Source: an uncultured Spirochaetales bacterium
Lineage (GTDB): Bacteria > Spirochaetota > Spirochaetia > DSM-27196 > DATKUC01
DNA: 64,000 nt
Direction of reading: 5' to 3'
Assembly (NCBI GenBank): GCA_964553615.1
Contig: CAZKMA010000021.1
Span: forward strand, 4,402-68,401
Both the position numbers and the translations under genes were made by a program. The stretch's first letter is position 1. Every line of letters begins with the position of its first letter. This document shows positions 60,307 through 64,000 of the stretch, piece after piece. The notes below the pieces were generated by a model, which made no database searches, was not told where the DNA came from, and was given only the letters and a program-made list of their open reading frames with translations.

Positions 60307-60875
60307 TGCGACTCCTCCTTCAGAAGGACTTTCTTCAGATTCATTCGCGCGTTGTACAACCGTGACATGACGGTTCCAACCGGAATCTCCAGAATTTCGG
60401 CCATTTCAGCATAGGTCGAATTCTCAAAATGCTTCAGAATGATGATTTCCCGATGCTCGCTGCTGAGCTCTCCGAGCGCCCGGTGAAGCGCAGCATTCTC
60501 CTGCTCGGCAACCAATGCCGCGTCAGGGTCCGGCGTAACGTCCGACAGAAGTGCATCCTGGTCTCCCAGGTTCACGGTGCGACTACGTCGTTTCCGGTGC
60601 GTTGATGTGAGGTTGCGGGCAATTCGGTACAGCCACGGGTAGAAAGGTCGACAGACTTCGAACGAGGCGAGCGCGCGGTAGGCACGATAGAACGCCTCCT
60701 GCGTAAGGTCCGCCGCGTCCTCCGGGTTGCCCGTAAGATAGTAAATCGCCCGGTGCAGGCGCGGTCCGCATTCTCGAACGAGCACGCCGAACGCATTGCG
60801 GTCTCCCCTCTGTGCCCGCTGGATGAGCTCCGACTCACTGAGTGCGCTTTTATCGAGCATCTGTGTGCTTGCCAT
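60303..60875 (-). CDS. ECF RNA polymerase sigma factor (RpoE-like)
   Basis: LIQRAQRGDRNAFGVLV...PEDAADLTQEAFYRAYRAL.SFE....FYPWLYRIARN (region 2). YAEMAEILEIPVGTVMSRLYNARMNLKK (region 4). Confidence 0.9.
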   Translation of the reverse strand: MASTQMLDKSALSESELIQRAQRGDRNAFGVLVRECGPRLHRAIYYLTGNPEDAADLTQEAFYRAYRALASFEVCRPFYPWLYRIARNLTSTHRKRRSRTVNLGDQDALLSDVTPDPDAALVAEQENAALHRALGELSSEHREIIILKHFENSTYAEMAEILEIPVGTVMSRLYNARMNLKKVLLKEESQ

Positions 60876-60878
60876 CTG

Positions 60879-62543
60879 CTACCGCCGGATTGCGAAGGAA
60901 CGCTCGTAGCGACGGTCGGCATAACGCAGGACTGAATGCCTGAGAACGAGCCATGCACCAAACGCTGCGGTGGCCGCGACAAAATTGGCAATGGATCCGG
61001 ATACACCCGCGTACGCCGCGACACCGGTAATCAACGCCAGCCCGAGGAGCCCGAGGATGACCAGTCCCATTGAGAGTAATACATTCATGTTCTGTTTCAT
61101 TGCCTGTTGGGGATGACTCCAGTCGGTCAACGGCCGGCGAAGATCTCCATAGACAGTAATAAAAAAAAGCATGAGGAGAATTGGAATCCCGGCCACAACA
61201 AGCGAGATTGCTTCCAGTAGCGTGAAGCTCAGAAGAACCGACACAATGACGCTGTTGAGCGCGAACGCCGGGTAGAAGAGCAGGAAATAACATCCAAGTT
61301 TTCCGCCGACCTGCGTCGAACCCGGCAGAGGAAGACTCAGGCTGAAGGAGATATTCCGTCCTTCCCGAGAGATACTCGTGGCGGAGACTGTGTTGAATCC
61401 AGCCATCATTGAGAGGACCGCGAGTGTTATCGGTGCCGTGAAGGGGAAGCTTCGGATGGTTGGAACCATCGAAGCGAGGAGATCCTGCGGTGTAACGAGA
61501 ACAACGATGATCAAAACCAGCGGAATTGCCAGCACCTCGCCAATAGCCTCGAAGAGAAATGCGGAATTTGAGGTGAGGATGAAGAACTCCCTCGCGATAA
61601 GCGCTCGCACTACCGATCGTCGCGGGCGTACACTCTCCGTTGCGCGGTGTGCGTTTCTTCCCCGCGATTCGCCCTGACTGGTAAGCTGCGAAACATAGTT
61701 TGTGCGAACAATGGTCAAAACGCCCACGACAACAGCAATCTGAAAGACCACGAAGAGCATCAGAGCCAGTGGTGAGACGAACGCATCCGCGCCCCAGGAT
61801 GCGGGAAATACGGCTCGCTCGATTCTCGAGAAGACATCCGCTGCTGTCTTCATTGCGGCCGTCGGCTGCATCCCCGCAAGACTCCCCATCATCGTTCGCG
61901 AAATGGCTACCTGGAATGCTATCAGCAGAAGGAAGAGAACGCCCATTCCCGAAGCTTCGAGCGCAACACGATGTTTGCTCACGTTCACTGCTCGCGTAAT
62001 AGTGAAGACCAGAAGCAAGGCGAGGTTTACCGGCAGCAGACCGCCGAGCAGCATAGCAACTGCCGTGGCAACAATTCCGAGAAGGGATATTCCTGCGCCG
62101 ATGAAGTACACGCACACTGCCGGCACAAATGCGGCGAGGTAGATTGGGAAACTGTAGGCATAGAGAAGAAGATAGTTAACGCCGACTATGCGTCCGGGAG
62201 GAATGGGCAGTGCAAGCAGCATCCTCCCGTCGCGGGCAAGGTAGAAGACACTGAGGCCAAGCGGAAAGAGAGCGACAAATGTGAGCACCCACGCAACGAG
62301 CAACCCGGCAAACAGAACGAGTTCCTCGTTTCCTGTCGAGCGGCCGATCGCGAATATTGCCACATAGTTATTTATGAGGAAGAAGACCATGACCGCAGCC
62401 CCGACTGCGATTCCGAGCGCTGCCAGCGGCACAACCCATAGCTGGTCCTGACTTCGCAACTGCCTGAGCTTCGCACGCGAGAACCACGTGGTCGCCTCTA
62501 TCTTAGCCTTCAGAAGTGACAGTGTGCTGATCGAATTTTCCAT
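60879..62543 (-). CDS. large polytopic permease of a putative ABC exporter (about 12 TM)
   Basis: 554 aa, almost entirely hydrophobic helices. Its start overlaps the upstream ABC ATPase gene by 41 nt. It resembles the 'putative ABC exporter' permeases paired with DrrA-like ATPases. Confidence 0.7.
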   Translation of the reverse strand: MENSISTLSLLKAKIEATTWFSRAKLRQLRSQDQLWVVPLAALGIAVGAAVMVFFLINNYVAIFAIGRSTGNEELVLFAGLLVAWVLTFVALFPLGLSVFYLARDGRMLLALPIPPGRIVGVNYLLLYAYSFPIYLAAFVPAVCVYFIGAGISLLGIVATAVAMLLGGLLPVNLALLLVFTITRAVNVSKHRVALEASGMGVLFLLLIAFQVAISRTMMGSLAGMQPTAAMKTAADVFSRIERAVFPASWGADAFVSPLALMLFVVFQIAVVVGVLTIVRTNYVSQLTSQGESRGRNAHRATESVRPRRSVVRALIAREFFILTSNSAFLFEAIGEVLAIPLVLIIVVLVTPQDLLASMVPTIRSFPFTAPITLAVLSMMAGFNTVSATSISREGRNISFSLSLPLPGSTQVGGKLGCYFLLFYPAFALNSVIVSVLLSFTLLEAISLVVAGIPILLMLFFITVYGDLRRPLTDWSHPQQAMKQNMNVLLSMGLVILGLLGLALITGVAAYAGVSGSIANFVAATAAFGAWLVLRHSVLRYADRRYERSFAIRR

Positions 62544-63261
62544 CGGTTAGCTCCAGAAAAAGTCTTTCAAGCGTAGCGTTCTCTTCTCCGGCAGAACTGC
62601 GCAACTCTTCGAGCTGGCCGACCGCAATCATGCCCCCCCGATGAATGATACCAACCTGATCGCAGAGCCGCTCGGCCACATCGAGTACGTGGGTCGAGAA
62701 GAATACGGTCTTTCCGCGTTTGCACAGGCTGCGCATCTTCTCCTTCAGGAGAAAAGCCGAACGTGGATCCAACCCGACAATAGGCTCATCCAGAATGAAG
62801 ACATCCGGATCGTGGAGCAGAGCCGCAATAATGGAGACCTTCTGCTTCATGCCGTGGGAATAGGAGGCAATTCGATCCGGAAGCGCATCTTTCAATTCAA
62901 ACTCTTCGGCAAGTTTTTCTATGATTACGCGTTCGGCGTTTCCAACCCCGTAGACATCTGCAATGAACGAAAGAAATCGGAGCCCGCTCATGTTTTCGTA
63001 GAGCGCAGGCTCATCGGGCACATATCCGATCCTTCGCTTCACCTCAATGGGGTTCTTCAGAACGTCGATATCCTCGACACGCACGGATCCACTATCCGGC
63101 TTCAGTAACCCGATGAGGGTCTTGATCGTCGTTGTCTTTCCCGCTCCGTTTGGCCCCAGGAACCCGAAGAGCTCCCCGCGCTGGACAGTGAGACTCAGCC
63201 CATCCAGCGCGCGGGCCCCACCGCGGACGTACGTCTTTGTGACGTCCCTCAGTTCAATCAT
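62503..63261 (-). CDS. ABC transporter ATP-binding protein (ABC-2/DrrA-like)
   Basis: Walker A GPNGAGKTT, signature YSHGMKQK (variant of LSGGM.QR), Walker B FILDEP and an H-loop STHV. The RBS is GGAG. Confidence 0.9.
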   Translation of the reverse strand: MIELRDVTKTYVRGGARALDGLSLTVQRGELFGFLGPNGAGKTTTIKTLIGLLKPDSGSVRVEDIDVLKNPIEVKRRIGYVPDEPALYENMSGLRFLSFIADVYGVGNAERVIIEKLAEEFELKDALPDRIASYSHGMKQKVSIIAALLHDPDVFILDEPIVGLDPRSAFLLKEKMRSLCKRGKTVFFSTHVLDVAERLCDQVGIIHRGGMIAVGQLEELRSSAGEENATLERLFLELTDGKFDQHTVTSEG

Positions 63262-63608
63262 CTTCTACTCCAGTTCTGAACTTGGAATGTGCTCCCGTGC
63301 AGCATCCGTCATTGCACCAATGCGTGCGGGGACAGGCAGGATCACCGGAATCGCCGCCGGTCGCTGGCTGATGAAAATCCACTGGAGCCTTCGACTCATT
63401 CAGATGTCTATATTACTCCTATGCGTCCGGATTATTCATGTTCTCTTTCCACGTTTTTTTGTGCTCCCGGAATCCCGGCCTTCGGCCGACCGTGTTGGTC
63501 GACGGCGATGTTCCGGGCGCGCGGAGGTGATTTGAAGGAGATAGGTGACAGGTCTGCGCCGTGGATTTGTGTGAGTCTCAAAATGCCGATTCCCGACCTC
63601 GCACATGC

Positions 63609-63640
63609 GGGCCAGGATAATTCCTGGCCCGGGCGTTTTT
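63609..63640. terminator. GC-rich hairpin (9-bp perfect stem) with T-run on the + strand, 60 nt downstream of the minus-strand SBP gene
   Basis: gggccagga-taat-tcctggccc, then gggcgttttt. Strand assignment is ambiguous because the T-run is on +, yet the only nearby terminating gene is on -. Confidence 0.4.
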
Positions 63641-63689
63641 ACAAAATGCTCTTGCCGTATTTCGCCCGATCTATGCGGTCGTCGTTGTA

Positions 63690-64000
63690 CTATCGACCTT
63701 CACCAAGCTGGTGAATTATCCTGTCCGGATTGAACTTCTGCGGGATAAGACCCAGCTGCACCATCGTGGCAACCGAATCGACATAGCGTGGAACATCGAG
63801 GGTGCCGTACCCGGCGGGCGAGGTGTAGAGCGCGATGGTTGAAAGCAAAGCATCTTTCAGATACGGCTTCTGGCTCTCGTTGGCGCCGGTAATGTATTTC
63901 ATGGCAATCCCAACCGCCTCGTCCGGGTGGGCTGCGGTATAGGCCATAGCCTTCCTTGTAGCGTTGAAGAACCGGTCAAGAACCGGCCCCCGTTGGGCAA
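63690..64000 (-). CDS. ABC transporter substrate-binding protein, NMT1/THI5-like (nitrate/sulfonate/taurine type), 3' part only
   Basis: The frame stays open to the window edge (AQRGPVLDRFFNATRKAMAYTAAHPDEAVGIAMKYI...). The F..A..KA..Y...NPDEA block is typical of NMT1-like SBPs. The gene starts beyond 64000. Confidence 0.65.
   Translation of the reverse strand, partial: AQRGPVLDRFFNATRKAMAYTAAHPDEAVGIAMKYITGANESQKPYLKDALLSTIALYTSPAGYGTLDVPRYVDSVATMVQLGLIPQKFNPDRIIHQLGEGR

Noticed and set aside
60850-62115. 421-aa minus-strand ORF in an alternative frame of the exporter permease
   Set aside because: It is out of frame with a 554-aa ORF that is consistently hydrophobic and helical. The alternative translation is Arg/Cys/Ser-rich.
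63262-63714. 141-aa plus-strand ORF and a 46-codon minus-strand ORF (63399-63262) in the long intergenic region
   Set aside because: The plus ORF runs through the hairpin and into the SBP gene on the other strand, and it lacks an RBS. The small minus ORF has AGGAG 16 nt from its ATG, which is too far, and has no recognisable features. Both are kept only as a note under the intergenic finding.
1-64000. Search by eye for CRISPR arrays, IS elements, integrases, phage genes, toxin-antitoxin pairs and rRNA
   Set aside because: No repeat-spacer arrays, no transposase, integrase or recombinase motifs, and no terminal inverted repeats flanking a gene block were seen. The tRNA-Val is not followed by an integrase, so there is no evidence for an integrated element.

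Overview
This is a GC-rich, gene-dense bacterial chromosomal window. I can support about 62 protein-coding genes, one tRNA-Val(CAC), and several Rho-independent terminators and sigma70-like promoters. I saw no rRNA, CRISPR array, transposase, integrase or prophage genes. Outer-membrane barrel, BON, lipoprotein and CheW genes suggest a motile diderm, possibly a spirochaete-like anaerobe, but taxonomy cannot be verified here. Housekeeping content includes wrbA, avtA, aroE, ppx-ppk1, arfB, thyX, rlmE, an RluA-family synthase, an ornithine decarboxylase, phnCDE, amylosucrase and three ECF sigma modules. Many long ORFs on the opposite strand of real genes are GC-driven shadow ORFs and were rejected. 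The most interesting locus is 29.2-35.5 kb. It encodes a NusG-II protein, a secreted protein with two FMN_bind domains and two flavinylation motifs, an ApbE lipoprotein, an NDH-2 fused to a split DoxX-like membrane domain, and a polyprenyl-PP synthase with a repeat insertion. This resembles the Listeria flavin-based extracellular electron transfer (FLEET) core but lacks EetA/EetB/DmkA, and it has mirrored operator-bearing promoters. Other candidates are listed below.
- A VTE5/VTE6-like isoprenol kinase pair.
- An SH3b/M48/CHASE2-cyclase/adenylate-forming-ligase operon.
- A pair of reciprocally degenerate histidine kinases behind a MutS-like ATPase.
- A GpgS::PTS-EIIA fusion.
- An ABC-exporter/ECF-sigma/anti-sigma/YbjQ operon.
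- A relic ABC ATPase fragment in an AT-rich patch.
All functional calls rest on motif and family recognition by eye. No database search was run.
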